Assembly: GCA_965204795.1 (NCBI GenBank)
Contig: OZ242012.1
Coordinates: forward strand, 206,650-270,649
DNA from: Thermodesulfobacteriota bacterium
Lineage (GTDB): Bacteria > Desulfobacterota_D > UBA1144 > Nemesobacterales > Nemesobacteraceae
Reading direction: 5' to 3'
Length of the DNA stretch: 64,000 nt
The translations under genes and the position numbers were made by a program. Below are positions 1 to 8,336 of the stretch, in pieces. The notes beneath the pieces were generated by a model that saw nothing but the letters and a program-made list of their open reading frames with translations, searched no databases and was not told the origin of the DNA. Within the stretch, counting starts at the first letter, position 1; each line of letters opens with the position of its first letter.

Positions 1-150
1 GGCATCCCCGTCGACGCCAAGGAAGCCGTCGCCTTCGCGATTCTCGCCAACGAAGCCGTGTGCGCCAACAGGGGAAACGTCCCCGCGGCCACGGGGGCCC
101 GAGGCCCGACCATTCTCGGGAAAATCTCGATAGGAAAAAACCACGCCTAG
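1..150 (+). CDS. anmK: anhydro-N-acetylmuramic acid kinase, C-terminal fragment (5' end lies outside window)
   Basis: Frame-1 translation ...EAVAFAILANEAVCANRGNVPAATGARGPTILGKISIGKNHA* matches the conserved AnmK C-terminus (E. coli ...[36 protein letters not shown]). Stop TAG at 148-150. nagZ follows directly. Not in ORF track because it has no start in the window. Confidence 0.75.
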   Translation, partial: GIPVDAKEAVAFAILANEAVCANRGNVPAATGARGPTILGKISIGKNHA

Positions 151-154
151 CCCC

Positions 155-1672
155 ATGTACGAAAATCCCGCGGTGTTTTCCCTGAAGGACGTGCCGCCCG
201 CCCGGAGGGCGGGGCAGTTCGTCATGCCGAGAGTGGATTTCGCCGACCCCGGGTCGGTCGCGCGGGCGGAGGAGCTCGTGCGGGATTTCGGAGTCTGCGG
301 GTTCATAGTGTTTCGGGGGGAGATGGAAGAAGTGAGGCGGACCGCCGAGAGGCTGAACGCCCTTTCGGATTTCCCGCTTCTTTTCGGCTGCGACGTCGAA
401 AGGGGCCTCGGACAGCAGGTCCGCGGCGCGACTTATTTCCCGTTCGCGATGTCCCAGGGAGCGGCGGACGACCCGGACCTCGTCCGCCGCCAGGCAGCCG
501 CCACGGCGGAGGAGATGAAATACTGCGGTCTCAACCTCGCCTTCGCCCCGGTTCTCGACGTGAATTCCGAGCCCCGAAACCCCATAATAAACGTGAGGGC
601 GTTTTCCGACGACCCGGCCGCGGTTTCGCGCCTGGGCGGAATCTTCGCCGAAACCCTCCAGAAAGAGGGCGTCATGGCGTGCGGAAAGCATTTTCCCGGT
701 CACGGGTCCACGACGCGCGATTCCCATGTCGAGCTTCCGGTGGTCGGAGGATCCCTCCGAAGTCTCATGGAACGCGACGTCGCTCCCTTCCGCGAGGCGG
801 TCGCCAGAAGGCTCTGCTGCGTCATGCCCGCCCACGTCTCGTATCCCGCTCTCGACCCCGACGGGCTTCCCGCCACGCTTTCGTCCCGCATACTGAAGGA
901 CCTTCTTCGGGAAGAGCTGGGATTCGACGGTCTCGTGGTCTCGGATTCCTTCATGATGGACGCTCTCGGGGGAGCGGGCGGCGAGGAGGAGAACATGCTC
1001 GCCGCGATTTCCCGGGGCGTGGACGTGGTTCTCGACCCCAGGGACCCCGCCGGGTTTCTCGAAAGAAACGGGCGGAGCGGGTTTTTCTCCGACCCCGCCC
1101 GGGCGGAGTCCCTGGCCAGGATATTCCGCGCGCGGGGACTTTTCGCCCCGGGCGGGGCGGACGCTCCCGCGCCCGGTCTCGGGCGAAACCGCAAGCTCGC
1201 CGAAGAGATATCGCTACGCTCGGCCTGCCTCCTGCGGGGAGGGCCTCTTCGCGGAGAAAGGACGTTCCTCTGCTGTTTCGGAACCGCGGAGAACTCCGAG
1301 CTTCTCGACGAACTCGCCGCGGCGCTCGAGAGGGGAGGAAAGCGTGTGGAGAAAAGGTTCGCGTTTCCCGAAACCCCCGCCCTTCCCGACGGCGGCTCGC
1401 TTCTCTGCGTGGTTTCGACGGGAGTTTCCGCCTGGACCGAAAACTGCCTCGTTCCCGACGAAGCCGTCTCGTGGATAAACGGGTTTTCCCGCTTTTCGGG
1501 CGAAAAGGCGCTTCTGTGCTTCGGCTCTCCCTATCCCGCGGGGCGCTTCGGCTTTTTCGACGCGGCGGTCGCGCTTTTCGATTCCATGCCTTGCGCCGGC
1601 CGCGCGGCGGCCGAGGTTCTTCTGGGAAAGAGGAGCGCCGCGGCGAAGCTTCCGGTGGACATAGGCCGATGA
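155..1672 (+). CDS. nagZ: beta-N-acetylhexosaminidase, GH3 family (peptidoglycan recycling)
   Basis: 505 aa. GH3 motifs KHFPGHG and GFDGLVVSD are present. Sits immediately downstream of anmK. Confidence 0.88.
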   Translation: MYENPAVFSLKDVPPARRAGQFVMPRVDFADPGSVARAEELVRDFGVCGFIVFRGEMEEVRRTAERLNALSDFPLLFGCDVERGLGQQVRGATYFPFAMSQGAADDPDLVRRQAAATAEEMKYCGLNLAFAPVLDVNSEPRNPIINVRAFSDDPAAVSRLGGIFAETLQKEGVMACGKHFPGHGSTTRDSHVELPVVGGSLRSLMERDVAPFREAVARRLCCVMPAHVSYPALDPDGLPATLSSRILKDLLREELGFDGLVVSDSFMMDALGGAGGEEENMLAAISRGVDVVLDPRDPAGFLERNGRSGFFSDPARAESLARIFRARGLFAPGGADAPAPGLGRNRKLAEEISLRSACLLRGGPLRGERTFLCCFGTAENSELLDELAAALERGGKRVEKRFAFPETPALPDGGSLLCVVSTGVSAWTENCLVPDEAVSWINGFSRFSGEKALLCFGSPYPAGRFGFFDAAVALFDSMPCAGRAAAEVLLGKRSAAAKLPVDIGR

Positions 1673-3408
1673 CCCTTCACTCCGTCGACTGGATTCTCGT
1701 CGGCTGCTACCTGGCCTTCTCCCTCGGGGTCGGGTTCTGGTTCTCGAAAAGGGCGTCGGGAAGCGTCTCCTCCTACTTCGTTTCCGGCAGAAAGCTTCCG
1801 TGGTGGCTTCTCGGAACCTCCATGGTCGCCACCACCTTCGCCGCCGACACTCCTCTCGCCGTGACCGGGTGGATAAGGACCGAGGGGATATGGAAAAACT
1901 GGTTCTGGTGGAACTACGCGCTGAGCCACGCCCTGGTGATAATCGTCTTCTCGAGGCTCTGGAGAAGGGCCGAGGTGGTGACCGACAACGAGCTCATAGA
2001 GCTTCGCTACTCGGGGCGCCCCGCCGCGTTTCTTCGGGGGTTCAAGGCGTTTTACTTCTCGACGGTCTTCAACTTCATAGTCATGGGGTGGGTGATAACC
2101 GCCATGACCAAGGTGTTTTCCGTCTTTTTCGGGGTGGGGCAGATATACGCGGTATGTCTCTGCGTGGGAGTCGTTCTGGTCTACACGGTCTTTTCAGGGC
2201 TATGGGGAGTGGTGGTGACGGATTTCGTCCAGTACGCCGTGGCCCTTTTCGCCACGGCGGCGCTCGCGGTCATAGTGATAAACTCGGACGCCGTCGGGGG
2301 ATACTCGGGGTTTCTCGCGAAAATCGGGGAACTGGACCCCGAAAAAACCTCCATGTTCATATCCCCGCCCGCGGGCGGAGGGGAGTTTTTCTCCTCCGAC
2401 TTTTTCACCTTCGCCGTCTTCATGACCGTGGTCTGGTGGTCTTCCCACAACGCCGACGGCGGCGGCTACTTCATCCAGCGCCTGTGCTCGGCCCGCGACG
2501 AGCGCCACGCGCTTTGGGGAACGGCGTGGTTCGCGCTCAACCACTACGTGCTGCGCTTCTGGCCCTGGGTGCTGGTGGCTCTCGCCTCCGTCGCCGTCTT
2601 TCCCGACGCGTCCCCCGCGGGAGGGGACGAGGAGGCCATGTACCTCGTGATGATAAACGAGTTTCTCTCCCCGGGACTGCGGGGTCTTCTCCTCGTCTCC
2701 TTCCTGGCGGCCTTCATGTCCACGGTGTCCACGCATCTTAACTGGGGAGCCTCCTACCTGGTGAACGACGTGTACGGAAGGTTCGTGCGGAAAAACGCCT
2801 CCCAGGGGCACTACGTGCGCGTCTCGAGAATCGCCACCGTGGTCCTCGCGGTCTGCGCCGGGGCCGTGGCGCTTCGGATAAAAAACATAGGGGACGCGTG
2901 GATATTTCTCTGGGCCATGAGCTCGGGAATAGGACTCGTTTTGATTCTGAGGTGGTTCTGGTGGCGGATAAACGCGTGGAGCGAGATAGCCGCCCTGGGC
3001 TCCTCGCTTCTCACCATGACGGTGCTGGTCCTCTACACCGGGGCCGCGGGGACGCCGCTTGAGCTCCGCCACCAGATACTGGTCGTCCCGGTGTCGATAG
3101 CCTGCTGGGTGGCGGCCACCTTTCTCACCGCCCCCGAGCCCGCCGAGAAGCTCCGCGCCTTCTGCGAGAGGGTGAGGCCCCCCGGGTTCTGGTCCCCTGT
3201 GCGCCCCCCGGCGGGCGCGGCGAAAGGGGGAACGGGCTTCGGGAAAATCGTCGCGAACTGGCTTCTGGCGGCGTCCTTTCTTCTGTGCCTCATGCTCGGG
3301 ACGGGAAAGCTGCTTCTGGGCGAAACGGCCTCCGCTCTCGGTCTTCTCGCGGCCGCCGCCCTGGGGCTCGTCGCCATCGTCGTCCGCCGCCGCGGTTTTT
3401 TCCTCTAG
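1669..3408 (+). CDS. sodium:solute symporter (SSS) family transporter
   Basis: ATG at 1669 overlaps the nagZ stop (ATGA). The product MTLHSVDWILVGCYLAFSLGVGFWFSKRASGSVSSYFVSGRKLPWWLLGTSM... has about 13 hydrophobic helices and SSS-family N-terminal signatures. The 679-start ORF in the track is an upstream R-rich artefact of the same frame. Confidence 0.8.
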   Translation: MTLHSVDWILVGCYLAFSLGVGFWFSKRASGSVSSYFVSGRKLPWWLLGTSMVATTFAADTPLAVTGWIRTEGIWKNWFWWNYALSHALVIIVFSRLWRRAEVVTDNELIELRYSGRPAAFLRGFKAFYFSTVFNFIVMGWVITAMTKVFSVFFGVGQIYAVCLCVGVVLVYTVFSGLWGVVVTDFVQYAVALFATAALAVIVINSDAVGGYSGFLAKIGELDPEKTSMFISPPAGGGEFFSSDFFTFAVFMTVVWWSSHNADGGGYFIQRLCSARDERHALWGTAWFALNHYVLRFWPWVLVALASVAVFPDASPAGGDEEAMYLVMINEFLSPGLRGLLLVSFLAAFMSTVSTHLNWGASYLVNDVYGRFVRKNASQGHYVRVSRIATVVLAVCAGAVALRIKNIGDAWIFLWAMSSGIGLVLILRWFWWRINAWSEIAALGSSLLTMTVLVLYTGAAGTPLELRHQILVVPVSIACWVAATFLTAPEPAEKLRAFCERVRPPGFWSPVRPPAGAAKGGTGFGKIVANWLLAASFLLCLMLGTGKLLLGETASALGLLAAAALGLVAIVVRRRGFFL

Positions 3409-3453
3409 CGCGGGTTTAATGTTCTCCCTTTATGTGTTATATAGAAGAGTGCC

Positions 3454-4053
3454 GTGTCCGTAAGCGTGAAAGTGATGAAGCGCCCCCGCCTTTCCTTCTG
3501 GGAGAAGCTCTACCTGCCCCAGGTGCTGAGAGGGCTCGCCATCACCCTTAGGCACATAACGCGCTTTCGGCCCATAACCGTGAAGTATCCCGAAGAGGTG
3601 AAGGCCCTTCCCGAAAACTACAGGGGGCTTCACGTGATGCCGGGAGACGACGAGGGGCGCATAAGGTGCGTGGCGTGCAAGCTCTGCGAAATCGCGTGTC
3701 CCACCCAGGCGATCTCCATAGTGTCGGAACCGGCGGACGACTACGGCGTCGAGAGGCGTCCCAGGGTGTACAACATAGACTTCATGCGCTGCGTTTTCTG
3801 CGGGTTCTGCGTGGAGGCGTGTCCCTGCGACGCGCTTCGGATGGGAATGAAGTACGAACTCGCGTCCTACAGCCGCGCGGGGCTCGTTCACACCAAGGAG
3901 GTTTTCTTCGACCCCGACGTGAAGAGCCTGGCGCCCAGGGACAACGCGAACTTTCTCTACGGCATGGGACTGGGAGAGATACTGGATTCTTCCGAAGAAG
4001 TCTCCGAAGCGAAGAAGCTTGACGGCACCTATTCCGTGAAGCGGAGTTCCTGA
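3454..4053 (+). CDS. nuoI: NuoI-like 2x[4Fe-4S] ferredoxin subunit (NADH-quinone oxidoreductase subunit I family), orphan
   Basis: Two CxxCxxCxxxCP motifs (CVACKLCEIACP and CVFCGFCVEACP) with NuoI-like spacing and an N-terminal region YPEE. GTG start at 3454; ATG at 3475 is an alternative. No other nuo genes are adjacent. Confidence 0.8.
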   Translation: MSVSVKVMKRPRLSFWEKLYLPQVLRGLAITLRHITRFRPITVKYPEEVKALPENYRGLHVMPGDDEGRIRCVACKLCEIACPTQAISIVSEPADDYGVERRPRVYNIDFMRCVFCGFCVEACPCDALRMGMKYELASYSRAGLVHTKEVFFDPDVKSLAPRDNANFLYGMGLGEILDSSEEVSEAKKLDGTYSVKRSS

Positions 4054-4107
4054 AGCCTTCCTCGGCTGATTTTTTGACGACTTCCGCGAAACTCTTTGTT
4101 TTAACCG

Positions 4108-4130
4108 TTACGGAAATTTGACATTTCCGT
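4108..4130 (+). promoter_or_regulatory. near-perfect palindrome TTACGGAAAT-ttgac-ATTTCCGTCA overlapping a TTGACA -35 box upstream of higB; candidate HigA operator
   Basis: ACGGAAAT (4110-4117) and ATTTCCGT (4123-4130) are exact reverse complements. TTGACA lies at 4118-4123, about 80 bp upstream of the higB ATG, in an AT-rich intergenic region. Confidence 0.4.
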
Positions 4131-4205
4131 CAAGTGCGTTTAACTTTGCGGAAAGTTTAGGGAGCAATGTACTTCAGTTCTATTTGAGAGCGTTGAAGTT
4201 GAGTT

Positions 4206-4499
4206 ATGCGGATCATATCCAAAAAGACGTTAAGGAAGTTCTGGGAGCGTTACCCTGACGCCAAAAAGGGTCTTGACAGTTGGTATCATGAAGTTAAGAG
4301 AGAAAACTGGGACAGTCCGGCCAAAGTTAAAGCCAGGTACAACGACGCCAGGATTATTGGAGGGAATCGCGTGGTTTTCAAGATCAACGGCAATAAATAC
4401 AGATTGGTGGTGGAGATTACGTATAAATACCGCATTGTCTACATATGTTTTGTTGGTACCCATGCGGAGTATGACTCTATAAACGTAAAGGAGGTGTAA
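4206..4499 (+). CDS. higB: type II toxin HigB family (RelE-fold mRNA interferase)
   Basis: 97 aa. ...VFKINGNKYRLVVEITYKYRIVYICFVGTHAEYDSI matches the HigB_toxin signature (..GN.YRLI..I.....I.FI.THAEYD). Lies in a low-GC pocket. Confidence 0.85.
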   Translation: MRIISKKTLRKFWERYPDAKKGLDSWYHEVKRENWDSPAKVKARYNDARIIGGNRVVFKINGNKYRLVVEITYKYRIVYICFVGTHAEYDSINVKEV

Positions 4500-4501
4500 A
4501 A

Positions 4502-5722
4502 ATGGCCGATATTAAACCGATTCGCACCGAAGCGGATTATGAGGCCGCGCTGGCGCGCATCAGAAAGATTTTTCATTCCGACCTTGGAACTCCCGAGGGC
4601 GATGAGCTTGATGTTCTGGCCGACTTGGTTGAACGGTATGAAGACAGACATGAAGTGGTCGACTGTCCCGACCCCGTCGACGCGATCAAGTTCCGCATGG
4701 AGCAGGCGGGGCTGAAGCAGCGCGACCTGATTCCTTACGTGGGAAGTCGTGCCAAGGTTTCGGAGGTTCTTTCCGGCAAGCGTGCTATAACGATGTCCAT
4801 GGCGCGCGCGCTGCACGAACATCTGGGCATTCCTGCGGATGTTCTGCTTCGGAAACCGGGCGGGACGTTTGAGAATCCGTTGAGTGATATTCAATGGAGC
4901 CGATTTCCGCTCAAGGAAATGGCGAAGCGTAAATGGATTCCCGATGCTCCCGATCTTGAGGCGCACGCGGAAAAATCCGTCGGCGAAATGATGAGAAAGG
5001 CCGGCGGATGGGACGAGACGCGCGCCGCCGCGCTGTTCAGAAAAAACGATCACCGGTATGTCAACTCCAAAACGGATTCTTACGCTCTTAAGGCCTGGTG
5101 CCTGCAGGTCTTGGTGACCGCAACCCAGAATCCCCCGCCGGCAAACTACAGGTCGGGCACGGTCACTCCGGATTTTCTCAATAAAGTCGCCCGCATCAGC
5201 CGGTCGGAAAACGGCCCGCGGCTCGCGAAAGAGTTCTTGGAAAAGCACGGGATTTCCCTGGTGACTCTGAAGCATTTACCGAGAACTTATCTGGACGGGG
5301 CCGCCTTGCGTCTGGGCGACGACCGACCGGTGATCGGGCTTACCCTGCGTCACGACCGCATAGACAGTTTCTGGTTCTGCCTGCTGCACGAGCTCGCGCA
5401 TCTGGGACTTCACATGGACAAAGACGACGGGGAAGCTTTCGTCGACGATCTGACTCTGCGCGAAACCGGAGCGGCGGCGCGGGATTCGAAAGAAGCGCAG
5501 GCGGACCAATGGGCGGAAGAAGCGCTGATACCGGAATCGGTCTGGGAAACAAGCGAGGCGCGACTGCGACCCACCGCCATGGCCGTTATCGACCTGGCGA
5601 ATTTTCTGAATATTCATCCGGCTATAGTCGCGGGCAGGGTGCGCCGCGAACGGGACAATTACCGCCTGCTCTCCCAGTTCGTCGGAAACGGCATGATCAG
5701 GCCGCAGTTCGATTTTTCCTGA
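4502..5722 (+). CDS. higA: HigA-family HTH antitoxin fused to an ImmA/IrrE (M78) zinc-metallopeptidase domain
   Basis: Perfect SD AAGGAGGTG sits 7 nt upstream. The N-terminal ~115 aa match the canonical HigA motifs (IKPIRTEADYEAALARI...GTPEGDELDVLADLVERYEDRH...PDPVDAIKFRMEQAGLKQRDL...SRAKVSEVLSGKRAITMSMARALHEHLGIPADVLL). The C-terminal ~250 aa carry HEXXH (LLHELAHLGLH) plus a downstream E, typical of the COG2856 ImmA/IrrE family. It starts 3 nt after the higB stop. Confidence 0.85.
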   Translation: MADIKPIRTEADYEAALARIRKIFHSDLGTPEGDELDVLADLVERYEDRHEVVDCPDPVDAIKFRMEQAGLKQRDLIPYVGSRAKVSEVLSGKRAITMSMARALHEHLGIPADVLLRKPGGTFENPLSDIQWSRFPLKEMAKRKWIPDAPDLEAHAEKSVGEMMRKAGGWDETRAAALFRKNDHRYVNSKTDSYALKAWCLQVLVTATQNPPPANYRSGTVTPDFLNKVARISRSENGPRLAKEFLEKHGISLVTLKHLPRTYLDGAALRLGDDRPVIGLTLRHDRIDSFWFCLLHELAHLGLHMDKDDGEAFVDDLTLRETGAAARDSKEAQADQWAEEALIPESVWETSEARLRPTAMAVIDLANFLNIHPAIVAGRVRRERDNYRLLSQFVGNGMIRPQFDFS

Positions 5723-5725
5723 CGG

Positions 5726-7576
5726 CTAAAGCCAGTCTTCTCCGCCGAAGATGTCGGCTTCCTCGTGGCGAAACCCGGGTTCCGGGTCGCTGTTGCGAAA
5801 TCCCCTGAACTGCAGGAGTCCCGAAACGGCGGACTTTATCTGCCTTCTCTCGGCCACCAGGTGAACCCCGCCGTTGTCGTCGTAGAACTCCGAAGACATT
5901 ATCTTCGGGTCGACCCCCCGGCCGCCGCTCGTGAGCTTCACCACCCTGTCTCCGGCAAACGCTATGGTCGCCTTTTTCTCCGCTATTATGAAATCCCCCT
6001 GCACGGCGTAGCTCGCGAGCGCCCCTCCGGTCGTCGGGTGTCCCAGAATGGAGATGTTCGGAAGCCCGTGCTCCCGAAGTCTCATCAGCGCCTCTATGGT
6101 CTTGGCCATCTGGTAGAGCGCGACGGTTCCTTCCTGCATGCGCGCTCCTCCGCTCACGGTGACCGTTATCAGGGGAAGCCTGTGCTCCACGGCGTAGCTC
6201 ACGACCATGTTCATCTTCTCCCCGAAAACGCTGCTCATCGACCCGCCCATGAACCGGAAGTCGCAGACGGCCACCGCCACGGGCATTGCGAACATCGTGC
6301 CGTAGCCCGTGACCAGGGAGTCCCTGGAGTCGGTCTTTCCGGCGAGCTTCTGCCTGGAGGACGCGTAGTTGAAAAACTTGTACGCGGGGTCTATGTCCTC
6401 CACGGCCAGCTCGGGCTCTATTTCGTGAAACGACTCCCCGTCGAGCAGGAAGTCGAGGTAGTCGTCGGAGCTCAGCGCCTCGGGCCTGTGGCAGTAGGGA
6501 CAGGAGGAGTTGTTGGCGTGAAGCTCTTCCTTGGTGAGCTGGCTCTTGCAGCCGGGTCGGATCGTCTTGCCCTGGCCGTCCTTTTCGTCGTTGCAGAAGT
6601 GGGGCTCGGAGCCGTAGATGGCTATCTGCATCTCCGATATGTCGTGGCTCTGCCTGCTTCCGCTGAAGTAGTTGGGAAGCCAGGCCTTTATCTTTTTCGA
6701 TATTCCCTCGTAGATTCTCCGCTGCTTCTTTACCCGCCCGCACCTTCTTATCTTTTCCCGAAGCTCCTCCGAGAGGCGCCTCGTCTCCGAGTTCTCGAGC
6801 TCCCGCACGGCCGCGGCGAGCGACTTTCCCAGGCTTTTCAGCGTCTGGGTCATGTAGCCGGGTTTTCCGAGCGGCGCCTCCTTCACTATCTCGTCTATTA
6901 TTCCGTAGCGCTTCATGTGCACGGCGGTGGGCTGGAGCACCTCGAGGGCCTCGGCCACCTTGTCCGCGCTTCGAAACAGTATCGCCGAGCACCCCTCGGC
7001 GGTTATGACGGAGTATTCGGCGCGCGACAGCATGAGCCTCCTGTGCCCGAGCTGTATGGCTATGGCGCCCCCGCTTCCCCCGAGTCCCAGCACCGTGGTC
7101 ACGGTCCTCGTGCGAAGCGAGATCATCTTCGACTGGCAGTAGGAGATGAGCCACGACTGGAGCTTCTCGGCCGAGTACTCGTAGGGATCCCCTCCCACGG
7201 TGTCGACGAACGTGAAGAGCGTGAGGCCGTTTCGCTCCGCGTAGTCCATCATGCACCACGAAAGCCCGTACCCGTCGGCCTTCACCATTCCGTAGTTGAG
7301 CGCCGCCCTTTCCTTTTCGCCCGAGGGCGTCTGCTGGGCTATCACGGCCGAGAGCGTTCCCGTGGGCTTGAACCTCGCCGTTCCCACTATCACCGAGGGG
7401 TCGTTGACGAACTCTATCTTTTTTCCCGAGGGGGCGTGGATGAAGCTTCTGAATCCAGAAAGCTCGTTCCAGGGAGTGAAGTCCGTGAAAAGCGCCGAGA
7501 GCACGTGCTTCGACTTCACGCGGTCGTAGGACTTGGCCTCTTCGTGGGACTGGAGGATTTTGGGGGTCTTCGCCAT
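5726..7576 (-). CDS. accA-accD: acetyl-CoA carboxylase carboxyltransferase, fused alpha (AccA) and beta (AccD) subunits
   Basis: 616 aa. The N-terminal half matches AccA (FVDTVGGDPY...LGLGGSGGAIAIQLGHRRLMLSRAEYSVITAEGCSAILFRSADK). The C-terminal half matches AccD, with a zinc-ribbon CPYCHRPE, then FAMPVAVAVCDFRFMGGSMSSV and SGGARMQEGTVALYQMAKT. Confidence 0.88.
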   Translation of the reverse strand: MAKTPKILQSHEEAKSYDRVKSKHVLSALFTDFTPWNELSGFRSFIHAPSGKKIEFVNDPSVIVGTARFKPTGTLSAVIAQQTPSGEKERAALNYGMVKADGYGLSWCMMDYAERNGLTLFTFVDTVGGDPYEYSAEKLQSWLISYCQSKMISLRTRTVTTVLGLGGSGGAIAIQLGHRRLMLSRAEYSVITAEGCSAILFRSADKVAEALEVLQPTAVHMKRYGIIDEIVKEAPLGKPGYMTQTLKSLGKSLAAAVRELENSETRRLSEELREKIRRCGRVKKQRRIYEGISKKIKAWLPNYFSGSRQSHDISEMQIAIYGSEPHFCNDEKDGQGKTIRPGCKSQLTKEELHANNSSCPYCHRPEALSSDDYLDFLLDGESFHEIEPELAVEDIDPAYKFFNYASSRQKLAGKTDSRDSLVTGYGTMFAMPVAVAVCDFRFMGGSMSSVFGEKMNMVVSYAVEHRLPLITVTVSGGARMQEGTVALYQMAKTIEALMRLREHGLPNISILGHPTTGGALASYAVQGDFIIAEKKATIAFAGDRVVKLTSGGRGVDPKIMSSEFYDDNGGVHLVAERRQIKSAVSGLLQFRGFRNSDPEPGFRHEEADIFGGEDWL

Positions 7577-7721
7577 TTCGGGTTTCGGGGGCTTTCGACC
7601 GCGCGCGGGCTTTTAGCCGTTTCTTCGGGTCCGGCGGTGCGCCAGACGGCGGCGGGTCCGCTTTTTCCCCGAAGGGAGGCACGTGGCGCCGGCCGGGCGT
7701 CCGCGCCGGGTCTCGGCCTTC

Positions 7722-8045
7722 TTACGCCGTGAAAGACTGTCCGCAGCCGCACGAACCGGTCGCGTTGGGGTTTTCGATGGCGAATCCCTTTCCGTTGAGA
7801 CCGTCTTTGAAGTCGAGCACGGCTCCGTCGAGATATGTGTAGCTGAGTTCGTCTATGGCGACTTGCACGCCTCCCGATTCGATCATCCTGTCCGAGTCCC
7901 CGGTCTCGTCGTCAAATCCCATCTCGTAGGAAAACCCGGAGCAGCCCCCGGGCACGATTCTCACCCGAAGAAACGCGTTGTCGAAATCGTCTTCGGCAAG
8001 CAGCCTTTTAATTTCGCTTACGGCCTTGGGAGTTACGGAAAACAT
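7722..8045 (-). CDS. erpA: iron-sulfur cluster insertion protein ErpA/IscA family
   Basis: MFSVTPKAVSEIKRLL...VRIVPGGCSGFSYEMGFDDE...GSCGCGQSF, a Cys-X(n)-Cys-Gly-Cys A-type carrier. GGAGG sits upstream of the ATG at 8045. The longer track ORF is an N-terminal extension artefact. Confidence 0.88.
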   Translation of the reverse strand: MFSVTPKAVSEIKRLLAEDDFDNAFLRVRIVPGGCSGFSYEMGFDDETGDSDRMIESGGVQVAIDELSYTYLDGAVLDFKDGLNGKGFAIENPNATGSCGCGQSFTA

Positions 8046-8336
8046 CTCTTTCCTGCCTCCTCTCCATTGTTTTTCTTCCCCTGCCCCTGTAGGACTAAAA
8101 TACAGTTCCGGCGGGGGATTGTCAAAGCGGTGTCGGTTCAGACGCCTCAGGATGCTTTTCCGCTTCCACGGGCCGCCGCATGGTGTATGTCGTGAACGAT
8201 TGAATCTGCCCGGCAATCATGCGTCGGATTCCGCCGTGACGGCAAGCCGTTGACAAGACGGACGGTTATCGACCATACTTAAGAACGATTACGGTTGCGC
8301 GGGAGAAACTCTTCTTGAGTAACCAGGGGGATTGGC

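Noticed and set aside
679-1668. N-terminal 330 aa of the 909-aa track ORF (679-3408), R/P/G-rich, overlapping nagZ in another frame
   Set aside because: The composition, roughly 30% Arg, is typical of out-of-frame translation of GC-rich DNA. The genuine transporter starts at the ATG at 1669, with ATGA coupling to nagZ.
4053-4078. Possible rho-independent terminator after nuoI (AGCC-ttcctc-GGCT followed by TTTTTT)
   Set aside because: The stem is only 4 bp, which is too weak to call. The T-run may simply be part of the AT-rich higBA promoter region.
5697-7682. 661-aa ORF on the minus strand and 655-aa ORF on the plus strand overlapping the accA-accD gene
   Set aside because: Both are R/G/P-rich with no motifs. 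The same interval encodes a full-length, well-conserved AccA-AccD in another frame.
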